A stretch of DNA of 64,000 nt from positions 1 through 64,000 of the forward strand of contig JBBCAW010000013.1 in the NCBI GenBank assembly GCA_051382295.1, read 5' to 3'. The notes beneath the pieces were generated by a model, which was not told where the DNA came from, ran no database searches, and saw only the letters and a list, made by a program, of their open reading frames with translations. Position numbers and translations under genes: made by a program. Below are positions 16,048-26,227 of this stretch, one piece after another. This DNA comes from Bdellovibrionota bacterium FG-1 (GTDB lineage: Bacteria > Bdellovibrionota > UBA1018). Each line of letters begins with the position of its first letter. The first letter of the stretch is position 1.

Positions 16048-19000
16048 ATGCCGCGTCCATTATTAATAGTAATTCCTCTCATAGCGTTAGCTCTAACGGG
16101 GTGCAAGGAATCCTCCAATGGAGCCACTGCGGCTTACGCAAAACCTTCACCCAGTGTCTCCGCAAGCGCAACTCCTTCTGCAAGCCCAACCGCCACACCC
16201 GCGGCAAGTCCATCACCTTCCGCCACCGCGTCTGCAACTCCTGCAGCAACTCCTTCTGCAAGCCCAACCGCCACACCCTCAGCCACACCTACTGCAACTT
16301 CCACCCCCTCCTACTCCATTGCTCTTTCCGTCAAGGGTGGAAGCTTAAGCAGCATCACCGCTAATGGCTCTGCAACAACAATTCTTCAAGCCCTCGTATT
16401 GGATCAAGACCTGAATCCAGCACCGGGTCAGTCGGTCACGATTAACCTTCCCGCTAGTGGCGGAACTTCCTCTGCCTCACCAGCGACCACCAACGGCTCC
16501 GGCATCGCAGAATTTACGATCACCAGCTCAACCCTGGCCGGTATTTATTCCTACACCGCTACCGCGAACGCCGTAACTTCCAGTAGTACCTCCCTTACTT
16601 TTACTTCGGTCGCACCCACCCTCACTGTAACACCCGTGATTAGCCTAGTTGGCCTCACCGCAACCCAAACTCTCAGTACGTCGGGTGGAACCGGGCCGTA
16701 TAGCTATTCCATCGTCAGTGGCCCCGGTGATGTCAACGCCGCATCTGGCCTCTTCACGGCCTCTTCAGGGAGCACGGGTGATTACGTGAAAATAAAAACC
16801 CAAGACTCGTTGGGGGCCGTAGGTTACGCAAACATTACACTCGGCATCGCAGCCACCAATTATACGATGTGCACGAATACCACTGCAACAGCGAGCGCGG
16901 GCACACTTTATGACTCCGGGGGCGCAGGAGCCGACTATAGCCCAGGCGAAAACTGCGGATTTTTGATTACTTCCCTTTGGGCCATCACCGCCAGTTTCGA
17001 CTCCTTAGGAACCGAAGCTGGATATGACCCTGTCAAAATCTACGACGGGGCTGACACCAGCGGAACACTTTTAGGTACTTTTTCGGGATCAGCCACGCCC
17101 GCTAACCAAACCGCTACAAGCGGCCAGATGTACGTTAAATTTAACAGTGATGGCAGTGCTCAAGGCACAGGCTTTGTCATGCATTGGACAACCCCTAACC
17201 CTACCGAAACGAGTCCGGTGGTCGCCAATTTTACAGCCTCTCCGTGGGCGGGACTCAGTAGCACAGTTTTTAGCTTCACGGATTCGTCCTCCAATTCGCC
17301 ACGAACTTGGAATTGGAGCCCGACAACTCTGGCTAAAACGGCAACACCCAGCGGCGCCCTACCTGGAGCAGGTTTAACGCCCGTTTCCCTCACGGTTTCG
17401 AACGCTCTTGGGACTGACACCAAAACGAACAACGTTTATTTAGGATCTCTCCTCGCCGGAAATACCGTCAAGATGTGTACAAACACCACCGCGACCACAA
17501 CGAGCGGAAACTTGGTCGACTCAGGGGATACCTTGGTCAACTACAGCCCAAACGAAAATTGCACCCTGCTCATTCAGCCGGTCGGGGCCACGAGTATCAC
17601 TCTTTCGCTTTCCTCCATCGCAACTGAGGCCGGTTACGACGCCCTCAGGGTTTATGATGGCACAGATGCAAATGGTCCGCTTTTAGGCACATTCTCGGGA
17701 TCAGCCACGCCGGCTCCGGTCACTGGAACAAGCGGAAGTCTGTATCTTACCTTTGTCAGCGATGGGTCTCTTCAATTTGCAGGTTTCAACGCGTCGTGGA
17801 CCAGTGATGGCTCGGTCGTGGCGCCAACGACTGATTTCTTTGCGAGTCAGACCACGATTGCCGTTGGGGAAACCATTACCTTGAGAGATCTCTCCGGCAA
17901 CACGCCCACCTCTTGGGCCTGGGACTTTGAAAATACAGGAGCCACGGATTCCACTCAGCAAAACCCCAGTCATGCTTTCGCAACTGCCGGAGCAAAAACG
18001 GTAAAACTCACCTCAACCAATGCTGCGGGCTCCAACTCTCAAACTAAAGCGGCGTATATCACCGTCTCGAATGCAAATAAAATGTGCTCCGATACGACCT
18101 CGAGTGCGACCTCAGGGTTTCTTTTCGACTCTGGGGGCCCGAGCGGAAATTATTCGGATAGTGAAAACTGTGGATTTCTGATTCAGCTGGGCGCTGGACA
18201 CACCGTTGGCCTCAGTTTCTCCTCCTTTAGTCTCGAAGAGGGATCCGATTTCATCAAGATCTATGATGGAACCAATGCTTCCGGCACCCCCCTGCATACT
18301 GGCAATGGATTCACAGGAGCTAACCTTCCATCCTCAGTCGCAGCTCAATCCGGATCACTCTATCTAGTGATGACCACCGACTCGTCAGTCACCCGACCTG
18401 GATTTAAAGCCACCTGGAGTGAATTTCAGATTTCGTCCGTAGCGGGTCAGTTGCTCTGGCTAAAGGCCGATTCGCTTTCGCTGAACGACGGGGATGGCGT
18501 AGCGACCTGGACCGACTCCAGCGCAAACCATAACGATGCAACACAAGGAACCCTAGACAGGCAACCTATTTTTAAAACGAATATCGTCAATGGAAGACCC
18601 GTCATTCGGTTTAGTAATACAAACAACACCTACCTAGGACTGACCACTCAGCTCACCACCGTAAGAACAGCCTTTATAGTGACGAAATATTCGGGTGCGG
18701 CATTGAATTACCTGTTTCTTTTAGGTGACTCTGGAGCTTATCATTTTCACGGAGCGGCTGGAAATGGATTATTTAGCAGTGATTACGCGTCAGCATCGGT
18801 GCTTAACGGTTCAGGTTACATCAACGGCACTGCCACCAGCGTGGCGAGTATGACCCGGCCCACGAGTTTTGCCACGATCACCCTCGCAATGACCGGTAGC
18901 ACAACGGTCGGCTATATAGCGCAAGATCGAAATATGAACGATCGGAGTTGGGACGGCGATATCGCAGAAATCATCCTCTACAGTACCGCCGTCTCCGATA

Positions 19001-19053
19001 GCGATCGGATCTTGATCGAAGCCTACCTTCGGTCGAAGTATTCCTTGCCGTGA
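16048..19053 (+). CDS. large surface lipoprotein/adhesin: S/T/P/A linker, Big_1-like, 3 CUB, 2 PKD and LamG-like domains
   Basis: lipobox LTGC; three copies of DSG..Y..ENC..I...E.G.D..K/RI/VYDG; PTSWAWDF PKD; LLWLKAD...GDIAEIILY. Confidence 0.85.
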   Translation: MPRPLLIVIPLIALALTGCKESSNGATAAYAKPSPSVSASATPSASPTATPAASPSPSATASATPAATPSASPTATPSATPTATSTPSYSIALSVKGGSLSSITANGSATTILQALVLDQDLNPAPGQSVTINLPASGGTSSASPATTNGSGIAEFTITSSTLAGIYSYTATANAVTSSSTSLTFTSVAPTLTVTPVISLVGLTATQTLSTSGGTGPYSYSIVSGPGDVNAASGLFTASSGSTGDYVKIKTQDSLGAVGYANITLGIAATNYTMCTNTTATASAGTLYDSGGAGADYSPGENCGFLITSLWAITASFDSLGTEAGYDPVKIYDGADTSGTLLGTFSGSATPANQTATSGQMYVKFNSDGSAQGTGFVMHWTTPNPTETSPVVANFTASPWAGLSSTVFSFTDSSSNSPRTWNWSPTTLAKTATPSGALPGAGLTPVSLTVSNALGTDTKTNNVYLGSLLAGNTVKMCTNTTATTTSGNLVDSGDTLVNYSPNENCTLLIQPVGATSITLSLSSIATEAGYDALRVYDGTDANGPLLGTFSGSATPAPVTGTSGSLYLTFVSDGSLQFAGFNASWTSDGSVVAPTTDFFASQTTIAVGETITLRDLSGNTPTSWAWDFENTGATDSTQQNPSHAFATAGAKTVKLTSTNAAGSNSQTKAAYITVSNANKMCSDTTSSATSGFLFDSGGPSGNYSDSENCGFLIQLGAGHTVGLSFSSFSLEEGSDFIKIYDGTNASGTPLHTGNGFTGANLPSSVAAQSGSLYLVMTTDSSVTRPGFKATWSEFQISSVAGQLLWLKADSLSLNDGDGVATWTDSSANHNDATQGTLDRQPIFKTNIVNGRPVIRFSNTNNTYLGLTTQLTTVRTAFIVTKYSGAALNYLFLLGDSGAYHFHGAAGNGLFSSDYASASVLNGSGYINGTATSVASMTRPTSFATITLAMTGSTTVGYIAQDRNMNDRSWDGDIAEIILYSTAVSDSDRILIEAYLRSKYSLP
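16168..16278 (+). repeat. 33-bp direct repeat in the adhesin linker
   Basis: GCAACTCCTTCTGCAAGCCCAACCGCCACACCC at 16168-16200 and 16246-16278. Confidence 0.8.
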
Positions 19054-19160
19054 GGAAGGTACGCTGCCCGAACCCCCCGTCCTAAAATCGGACACTCGTA
19101 CGTTCAAAACCCCCGTTTTTCAGGCGTTTTGTTGGCCCGACTCTTGAACAACACCCCCAC

Positions 19161-19898
19161 GTGCCGACACCGCCGATCAATACCCTGCCCCTTCCTGAAC
19201 GCCCCCGCGAACGTTGCCTCGAAAAGGGTGCGTTCTCCCTCAGTCTTCGCGAATGCCTCGCGCTAATCCTGGGGGCAGGCCCCCCAGGCACCGGCAGCCT
19301 CGGGCTCGCTAGCAAGATCCTCGACCGCCCCGGGCCCGGTTTTACCAGCCTCGACGAGGAGCGCGCCTTTTTTACCGCCATGGAAAACTCCGGCGCCAGC
19401 AACTTAAATGGAATCAATGGCCTCGGCCCTGCGGGCAAAGCTAAACTCCTGGCCGCCTTTGAACTCGGACGACGCTATGCCAATCACCGACAGCTCCCCG
19501 CACGGCACGCGCCGAGCGACCTCTCTGAACTCGCCCAATTGGGCCTCACCAAAGTGACCGCTGACTTACGAAACGACGCTCGGGAGTGGCTTGGCTTTGT
19601 CTGTATCCATCGTAACGGCGAGGTGGGGGACCTCTGCCTGGTAGAACGAGGGGTCCGTACCCACGTCAATGTTGACCCCGCCGAACTCTTCGCTAGGCTG
19701 CTGGCTCTTCGTCCAAAAGGCTTCTTGCTCGTCCACAACCACCCCGCTGGCAACCTCTTTCCGTCGCTCCAAGACTACCAACTCACCCAAAGCGTCGATT
19801 CGCTCGCTCAAAGTCTGGGACTCAAGCTCTTGGGGCACTGGATTGTCTCTCCTCGGGGCGAATTTTGGTTTAGGAATAATGCGCAGCATACGGTATAA
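19161..19898 (+). CDS. radC: RadC/JAB-domain protein
   Basis: ERPRERCLEKG, GLGPAGKAKLLAAFELGRR, HNHPAGNLFPSLQD. Confidence 0.9.
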   Translation: MPTPPINTLPLPERPRERCLEKGAFSLSLRECLALILGAGPPGTGSLGLASKILDRPGPGFTSLDEERAFFTAMENSGASNLNGINGLGPAGKAKLLAAFELGRRYANHRQLPARHAPSDLSELAQLGLTKVTADLRNDAREWLGFVCIHRNGEVGDLCLVERGVRTHVNVDPAELFARLLALRPKGFLLVHNHPAGNLFPSLQDYQLTQSVDSLAQSLGLKLLGHWIVSPRGEFWFRNNAQHTV

Positions 19899-19909
19899 GC
19901 CTCCCATCC

Positions 19910-20599
19910 ATGAAAATGACGCACTCCGACGAAAACTGTCCCAATTGTCTCAAACCCCAAGATCTCTGCATTTGCGCAAGCATCCGCCCGCTAAAAACCA
20001 AGCTGAAAGTATTGATTCTGCAACACCCTCAAGAGCCCGATAAAGAACTTGGCAGCGCGAGACTCGCTCATTTAGCCCTTCCTCACTCCACCTTGAAAAT
20101 CGGGCTTTCATGGCCAAATATCCGCAAAGCCTTAGGCCAAGAAGCCGAAGTCACCTCCGCGCGCTGGGCGGTTTTGTATCTTGGAAGCGGAGTCAAGGAC
20201 GCTCCTTCAGGCCCCCCGCCTTCAGTCAAGCCGACCGCACCCCGAATTCAGTTTGTCAGCAAAGCAGGCATAGCCGTGCCAGCCTCAAAAGAACCCCTTG
20301 AAGGAATCGTAGTTTTGGACGGCACCTGGAGTCAGGCCAAAGCACTTTGGTGGCGCAATGCTTGGCTCCTCAAACTGAAACGGGTGATTTTAAACCCTGC
20401 CCAAAAATCACTCTACAGTGAACTCAGGCGCGAGCCCCGGCGCGAATGCCTTTCAACGATTGAATCATTAGCAGAGTGCCTCAGCGCGCTTGGCGAACCT
20501 CAAACCGTTGAAAAAGGGCTGAAATCGCTTTTTGGAGAACTTTTGGAAAAGCATCGCGCTCGACCCAAGTCCTCGAAAACCAAGTCCTCAAAAAATTAA
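19910..20599 (+). CDS. DTW-domain tRNA aminocarboxypropyltransferase
   Basis: CxxC...CIC, ILQHPQE, VLDGTWSQAK, LSTIES. Confidence 0.9.
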   Translation: MKMTHSDENCPNCLKPQDLCICASIRPLKTKLKVLILQHPQEPDKELGSARLAHLALPHSTLKIGLSWPNIRKALGQEAEVTSARWAVLYLGSGVKDAPSGPPPSVKPTAPRIQFVSKAGIAVPASKEPLEGIVVLDGTWSQAKALWWRNAWLLKLKRVILNPAQKSLYSELRREPRRECLSTIESLAECLSALGEPQTVEKGLKSLFGELLEKHRARPKSSKTKSSKN

Positions 20600-20928
20600 C
20601 GCTTCATTTTACTAAGCATGTCCATGGCGGCTTTGAGCTGGGCGTCTTTACTTCCTGCATTTCCTGGAGCGCTTCTGCCACCCGAGGGCATTCCGCCGAA
20701 GGGATTGGCGCCTGGTCGGCCGCCCCGTCCACCCATCATTCCTTGCATGCCACCCATCATTCCCTGCATTTGAGAAAGCGCATCATTCATATTTTTAGCG
20801 TTCGGAAAAGCCATCTTCATCATTTGCTCGCTGGCTTGTTTGAGTTTCCAAAAAACGACCGCATTAATCGCGGTCAGAATAAAAACAAAAATCCAGCTGA
20901 CAATCACCCAAAAAGACATGGACATGGC
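20596..20928 (-). CDS. small membrane-anchored Met/Gly-rich protein
   Basis: N-terminal transmembrane helix; MQGMMGG repeated twice; start uncertain. Confidence 0.65.
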   Translation of the reverse strand, partial: AMSMSFWVIVSWIFVFILTAINAVVFWKLKQASEQMMKMAFPNAKNMNDALSQMQGMMGGMQGMMGGRGGRPGANPFGGMPSGGRSAPGNAGSKDAQLKAAMDMLSKMKR

Positions 20929-21008
20929 TAAATCTCCCTGTGGGTCGGCAAAGTACCTCACGGCCATACCTCGTGCAATTATAAACTGATTTCAACACCC
21001 AATGTCGC

Positions 21009-21818
21009 TCAAGGCCATAACTTGGGCGGAGGCCCCCCCGGTTTAACCATCGTTTTCTCGCCTAGACAGGTGGCGCAAAGGTAATCAGGCACGATATGGG
21101 AAGGCAAAACCCGCATCTGCTCCGTCCAAAGCGGCGAAATCGCCCAAGCAAAGAGCAACATACCCCACTCAGCGTCGCCTTCGGGACCTTCCGGAATTTC
21201 CGATATTTTCAGACTCGCTAAGTCGACCTTGACGGTGAGGCGGTGGGTCGGCAACCGAATCCCCATTTTTTCGTTCGCCTCAACGTCGAGCCGAGCACTA
21301 TAGCAAAGCAGGGCACCCTCCTCTGAACTCTGAAAAAAAATCTCTCTGGGCACCGGGATATTCGGAAGCAACTTGCGCACACAATCCGGTGCCGATTCAG
21401 GATTTTCGAGTTCCATCACCGGAATATCAATTCGTTTGAGCCGGTAAGCGATTTTTGTACTTTTTTGATTTGGATCCTTTTGGACGGATTTTAAGCACTC
21501 ACGAATCTCGTTCATTTTGAAATCCCGAAACATCGCAACGGGAGGTTCGCAATCAAATTTGGCATCCGGCAACGGATGACTCGTAAAGTCCTCTCCTCCA
21601 GGCCCCGCCAAAGGATTTGCCCCAGGTCCAGCTGGACGTCGAACCCGAAGAGTATACGGAATAAGACGATGAATCGCATGGGGGGCTACTCCACGCGAGG
21701 GAGCGTCAGAAACACCCTTTTTCCCGGCAGAAGAACACGACCACGCCCCAAGCAAAAGAAACAAAAACGGAGTGATTTTAAAACGCTGAATCATTTTTAT
21801 TATTTTGGCACATCTCAT
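21009..21818 (-). CDS. putative lipoprotein
   Basis: hydrophobic stretch ending AWSC; Cys-rich. Confidence 0.65.
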   Translation of the reverse strand: MRCAKIIKMIQRFKITPFLFLLLGAWSCSSAGKKGVSDAPSRGVAPHAIHRLIPYTLRVRRPAGPGANPLAGPGGEDFTSHPLPDAKFDCEPPVAMFRDFKMNEIRECLKSVQKDPNQKSTKIAYRLKRIDIPVMELENPESAPDCVRKLLPNIPVPREIFFQSSEEGALLCYSARLDVEANEKMGIRLPTHRLTVKVDLASLKISEIPEGPEGDAEWGMLLFAWAISPLWTEQMRVLPSHIVPDYLCATCLGEKTMVKPGGPPPKLWP

Positions 21819-21838
21819 TTCATTTGTCCCTCAAATCG

Positions 21839-21854
21839 CGGCATATGGATTGCA
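21839..21854 (+). promoter_or_regulatory. sigma54 promoter
   Basis: CGGCAT-ATGGA-TTGCA upstream of the ORF at 21905. Confidence 0.6.
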
Positions 21855-21904
21855 ACCCTGCGCGCCGTCGACGCGCAATCGCGTCTGACTTCAATTGAAG
21901 GAGA

Positions 21905-22852
21905 ATGTCTATGCGTCGTCACCTGATTGTCATGATCGTAACGTTAAGTGTCGCGGCTCTCGGAGCCGGATGCTCGAAAAAAGCGAAACCTAGCGTCGTT
22001 CCCGTCGCTCCCACCGTCTCTCAACCCCAGGATCCTCAAGCCGGGGCCACGACTGAGACCGCGCCTGCAACCGCACCAACGACCGCGGCCGAGCAACCCT
22101 GGTCACTTACGCTCAAGTCTGAATGCGCCCAAACCGCACAAGATCAATGTGTTGGTAAATATGGATTCAGCGTCACCCAGGAAGGAAAATACCAGGTCGG
22201 TCCAGGCCCCAAGGGACAAATCAAAAACGGACAACTCACGGAGGGAGAATTTTCAGACCTCAAAACCAAGCTTCAACAGGCCCTCACCACCATCCCCACC
22301 GGCGACCATCCCACCGAAAACCACACGGGTGGCGTGATCAATGATAACGACGAGTCGATTTCACTGTCCCGCTCCGGCCAGGATAAGGTCCTTGCCCGCA
22401 ATACGGGGTCGGATTTCTACTTTTTGACCCCACAACCCAAGGAGAGCCAGGATGTGCAAAACGCAATTCGGGAAATTGCAAAAATCTATTACCGCCTCCC
22501 GTTTGGCAATGACTGCGGTGATTCGATCGACAAGGTTGAAAAGCTCTACGATCCCGCGCTTACCTGCCAGGCTGACTCCGACTGCCTCTATGTCGATCCA
22601 GAACGTGGATACGAAGTCATCCCGCCCGGCAGTGAAGAATGGATTTTTACCGAAGACTGCCGTCTGATCAAACCACTTTTGGTTGCCAATAAAACCCAGA
22701 TTCTGAGTGCCGCACAGGGGCTCATTGAAGCCTACGATCTAGCCACCCAGAGTTGTGGGGCCGATTTTTATCGCAGTGAATGTACATATGATCAAAAACC
22801 CACCACGAACCCACCGGTCTGCGTTCAAAATCGTTGCCAAACACGTTTCTAG
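21905..22852 (+). CDS. Cys-rich lipoprotein
   Basis: lipobox GAGC, P/T/A linker, CQADSDC; RBS AAGGAG. Confidence 0.75.
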   Translation: MSMRRHLIVMIVTLSVAALGAGCSKKAKPSVVPVAPTVSQPQDPQAGATTETAPATAPTTAAEQPWSLTLKSECAQTAQDQCVGKYGFSVTQEGKYQVGPGPKGQIKNGQLTEGEFSDLKTKLQQALTTIPTGDHPTENHTGGVINDNDESISLSRSGQDKVLARNTGSDFYFLTPQPKESQDVQNAIREIAKIYYRLPFGNDCGDSIDKVEKLYDPALTCQADSDCLYVDPERGYEVIPPGSEEWIFTEDCRLIKPLLVANKTQILSAAQGLIEAYDLATQSCGADFYRSECTYDQKPTTNPPVCVQNRCQTRF

Positions 22853-22855
22853 GGG

Positions 22856-22894
22856 GAAAGGCCGGTGTGAGCCTTTCCAGCTCCGCCGGCCTTC
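22856..22894 (+). terminator. intergenic stem-loop (terminator or processing site)
   Basis: AAGGCCGG...CCGGCCTT inverted repeat between two lipoprotein genes. Confidence 0.4.
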
Positions 22895-22913
22895 TAAAAA
22901 AAGGACAAACTTT

Positions 22914-23579
22914 ATGTGTTTAAATGGAAAACCACCGATCATTTCTGGTGTCCTTTTTTTTGCCCTCCTAGGCACCCTGGGATGTAATCCCACCCCTGCA
23001 CCTGCTCCCATCCCCGCGCCTAAAGCGCAAACGACCAACCCCACCGTGATGCCCTCTCCCGAAGAGACCCCGGTCACCGCCCCGGCAACAGCCCCGGTCC
23101 CCCAACCTTCCGCTGCAACGGAAGAAGAAGAAGGACTTCCACCCATCTCGCCGGATATTGTTTACGCAGTCGGGTGGAAATCGCTCGAGCTTGACGCTAA
23201 CGGGGCCACCACTCTCGCGGATTCATCGGGCCACTACAGCACGGATCGAAATATGTGCCAACGTCCAGGCGACGGCGCCTATGACCTGGGGACATGGAAT
23301 ACACTCTCCAAGGCTCTCAACCAAATTGTGACTACTCCCAACCTGAGCACCCCACGTTGCATCGACTCCCCTGAGGGCAGTAAGTTCTATAATCGAGGCA
23401 TTGCACAGCTCGTCCTTCCAAACGGTGAAAAAAGAAAACTACTCGAATATGTCAACGTCCAAATTTGCTCCACGATTTCTGACCCGGCGCTCTCCACTCA
23501 ATTCATCGAACTGGTCGAAAAAACGGTTTTTTTGGCTGACCGAGCGGATGCACTCGAATGCCCCAATTACCGCCCCTAA
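22914..23579 (+). CDS. lipoprotein with Pro-rich linker
   Basis: start MCLNGK with AAGGA RBS; lipobox TLGC. Confidence 0.7.
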   Translation: MCLNGKPPIISGVLFFALLGTLGCNPTPAPAPIPAPKAQTTNPTVMPSPEETPVTAPATAPVPQPSAATEEEEGLPPISPDIVYAVGWKSLELDANGATTLADSSGHYSTDRNMCQRPGDGAYDLGTWNTLSKALNQIVTTPNLSTPRCIDSPEGSKFYNRGIAQLVLPNGEKRKLLEYVNVQICSTISDPALSTQFIELVEKTVFLADRADALECPNYRP

Positions 23580-23586
23580 GAGACCG

Positions 23587-24312
23587 CTAAAGGCGAGGAA
23601 TAGATTTTAGCTCTCGAATTGCCTCCAGCATGCGCGATCGCACATGCTCGGTCAGAATATCCACCTGCTCCGCCGACCATTGAGCCGTATCGACCGGGGG
23701 AAGTACTCGAACTTGAATTTTTCCGGGCTTAAACCGCCTGTCCTTCCAGCTCATCACTTCTTTCAAGGGCGCACAGACGATGGGCACAATGGGCACTCCT
23801 GCCTGAATAGCCATATAGAATGCCCCCTTTTTGAAAGGCATCAAGAGTTCGCCGGTGCGATTGCGAGTTCCTTCTGCAAAAATCCAAACAGAAATATTTC
23901 TCTTCCAAATTTGATCAGCAGCGGCCTTCATATCAGCCACCGCACTCTCCCGCTTTTTACGATCTAAAACGATATTGCCGGCCGCCACAAAAAAAACACC
24001 AAAGAACGGCATCCAAAGAAGCTCTTTCTTGCCAACCACCACAGTTCTATGAGGATACACCGGCCCCAAATTAGCCATATCCATATTGCTTTGGTGATTA
24101 GCCACATAAACACAAGGCTGCGTTGCCTCCAGGTGCTCTAACCCCTGAACCTCGACCTCTATTCCACAAATTCGAGATGCACCCCAAGAATAGAACTGCG
24201 CAAAATAATAATCGATATTTGGATTTCCCCAAATCACCAAACAAAGGAAAAGGCCAAAAACACAAGAAAGGATCAACCAAAAAAGAACAAAGATCAGTCG
24301 GAGGTAGGTCAT
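23587..24312 (-). CDS. plsC: 1-acyl-sn-glycerol-3-phosphate acyltransferase
   Basis: ANHQSNMD, FAEGTRN, PFKKGAF. Confidence 0.93.
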   Translation of the reverse strand: MTYLRLIFVLFWLILSCVFGLFLCLVIWGNPNIDYYFAQFYSWGASRICGIEVEVQGLEHLEATQPCVYVANHQSNMDMANLGPVYPHRTVVVGKKELLWMPFFGVFFVAAGNIVLDRKKRESAVADMKAAADQIWKRNISVWIFAEGTRNRTGELLMPFKKGAFYMAIQAGVPIVPIVCAPLKEVMSWKDRRFKPGKIQVRVLPPVDTAQWSAEQVDILTEHVRSRMLEAIRELKSIPRL

Positions 24313-24343
24313 GATGGCATCTTTGGCTGGTTTAGATGGCCTG

Positions 24344-25525
24344 TCAATACCCGGCTTGGGCCATGGCCTTTTCGACAAGTTCCCGAATCAGAGGGCTCTC
24401 TAGCCCCTCATTTTTGCTATGATGAGCAATGGGGGTGCCCCGTTCCGGAAGAGTCGTCAAAAAATCCGGATGTTCGTGAACCGAACCCCCTGTCCATTTT
24501 CCATATTGAACGATCATCGTTCCATCAGGTTGCCGAATTCCAAAGAGATCATAGGTATAGATAAACACCTTATTCAACGTGCCCACATAATCAGGCGAAA
24601 CGGTTTCACTCATGACGCCCTTCAGTCCAGTCTTACCGTGCATCAGATGTGAATCCGATGGATCACCCCAAAGTTCGGTATTGGCAAACCAAATGGGCTT
24701 ATTCCAAACCTGAACGCCGGCATCGCTATCCATAATTACTGGCCGATGTTTTTCATACAACTCCGCTTGCAACACTCTTAGAAACTGATCGGGATAAATA
24801 TCATCGTAGTCATCCCCAGGATATCCCTGAAACCGTTGACCGAATCTTAAGACCTTTTTTTCATCTATGATCTCATAAGATTTAATGAGCAGAGCCTTGA
24901 GATCTCGAGTAAAAAAGGTAATTCCATCCAGAGTCACTCCAGCGGCAGGTAATCGAGGCTCAGGCTCCGAGACCGCTGCCATTGCCCAAGCATTGCAGCG
25001 TCCCTGCCAACCGATTTCGTCTGAAACGATAAAGTCGCCATTAGAAATTTCTGTTTTTACCGAAACAGGATCTTTTCCAAGAATTTTATAAACATACTTG
25101 TCGTATTTATCCAGGGCACACTGCCCCCCGTTTCGCTCGCTTCCAATCACCAAGATATCATCCGTAACCGGATACCAATACGATGACCAGGGGCGCACAT
25201 CAGCCGTAGCATCCAACCCCCCTGAGGGAGTCTCACTCACGATCAATGGGCCATAATGATCAGTGGCCTGCAAAAAGGCGTCTGCTCGTTCCGGCACCCT
25301 GGGTTGGTCCTGAATGGGAGCAACCGAAGCAGTTGGCGCAGGCACTGGCACTGGCGCAGGCACTGGCACTGGCGCAGGCACTGGCACTGGCGCAGGCACC
25401 GACGCAGACGCCAACGTCGGCGCCTGCGTCTGCATCGGCGTCGGTGCCTGCATCGGCGTCTGCGGTTTTTTTCCACAGCCACTGATCACAAACGCGAAAA
25501 CCATACAGAAAAAAGCAAATTTCAC
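24344..25525 (-). CDS. lipoprotein resembling the transglutaminase-elicitor family
   Basis: lipobox ISGC; PWSSYWYP, WQGRCNAWA (candidate catalytic Cys), QVWNKP, HPDF. Confidence 0.65.
   Translation of the reverse strand: MKFAFFCMVFAFVISGCGKKPQTPMQAPTPMQTQAPTLASASVPAPVPVPAPVPVPAPVPVPAPTASVAPIQDQPRVPERADAFLQATDHYGPLIVSETPSGGLDATADVRPWSSYWYPVTDDILVIGSERNGGQCALDKYDKYVYKILGKDPVSVKTEISNGDFIVSDEIGWQGRCNAWAMAAVSEPEPRLPAAGVTLDGITFFTRDLKALLIKSYEIIDEKKVLRFGQRFQGYPGDDYDDIYPDQFLRVLQAELYEKHRPVIMDSDAGVQVWNKPIWFANTELWGDPSDSHLMHGKTGLKGVMSETVSPDYVGTLNKVFIYTYDLFGIRQPDGTMIVQYGKWTGGSVHEHPDFLTTLPERGTPIAHHSKNEGLESPLIRELVEKAMAQAGY
25334..25399. repeat. 18-bp tandem repeat (about 3.7 copies) encoding PVPVPA
   Basis: TGGCGCAGGCACTGGCAC x3 plus a partial copy. 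Confidence 0.9.
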
Positions 25526-26061
25526 TTCTTTCCTCCTGTATCAGGACCGCAGTTATCAGTACGAACCCCGGTTTCATGAACATCAATCAGCTTTGGATTG
25601 GAGTGTTTAGCCATATCGAGCGCCGAAGTGCAGAAATCTGCCACCTCACCCTTAATACTTAGAACCTCTTGGCAAGTCAGGGGTCTTTCAATCGTGATTG
25701 TCTTTTCAATTTCCTTGTAACGAAGACAAGTGCTTGGCCGCGTGGCCACCGCAAACCCTCTTTCCATCGAAACCACATTGAACTTGTCCGATAAAACCGT
25801 AGTAAAGACGTGCCGCCCTAAAGCAAGATCCATCACCCCTGGCGCGTCCGGAACAAATTCCCGTTCCACATTGGTGCACTGAAGTTTGATTTCCTTAGGT
25901 GCCCGTTGATTATCAAATGAGTCGGCGTCCGCACATCGACGCTGAAACTCATCCCAAGTCACACTGAAAGACCGCCCTCCCCCACCCACTCCGGCCACGG
26001 CCTGACCGGTGATCCACAAACCGAGTAACGAAAGCCCCATCCATTTTTTAAACTGGTACAT
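25522..26061 (-). CDS. secreted Cys-rich hypothetical protein
   Basis: start MYQFKK with AAGGAG RBS; signal peptide AVA; overlaps the next gene. Confidence 0.75.
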   Translation of the reverse strand: MYQFKKWMGLSLLGLWITGQAVAGVGGGGRSFSVTWDEFQRRCADADSFDNQRAPKEIKLQCTNVEREFVPDAPGVMDLALGRHVFTTVLSDKFNVVSMERGFAVATRPSTCLRYKEIEKTITIERPLTCQEVLSIKGEVADFCTSALDMAKHSNPKLIDVHETGVRTDNCGPDTGGKK

Positions 26062-26112
26062 GTGTTTTCTCCTTTTTGCCCCGCATTGCGGGTCTGGCAA
26101 GCCGCCTCCTTG

Positions 26113-26128
26113 TGCAACTCAGATGCCA
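26113..26128 (-). promoter_or_regulatory. sigma54 promoter
   Basis: TGGCAT-CTGAG-TTGCA on the minus strand. Confidence 0.7.
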
Positions 26129-26227
26129 CCGCTTTGAACGGGTTTAATCCATCAACCAGACATAAAGAGAAAAACCGAACCCGGTTTTGCACGGATCGAA
26201 CTTTCATTTTCCGTGCGAAAAGCAGGA

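Noticed and set aside
20729..20769. 21-bp tandem duplication
   Set aside because: Simply encodes MQGMMGG twice in a low-complexity tail.
25243..25610. Several repetitive ORFs (RRHWHW, GAGTGT, CASAS)
   Set aside because: Alternative frames of the 18-bp tandem repeat inside the lipoprotein gene.
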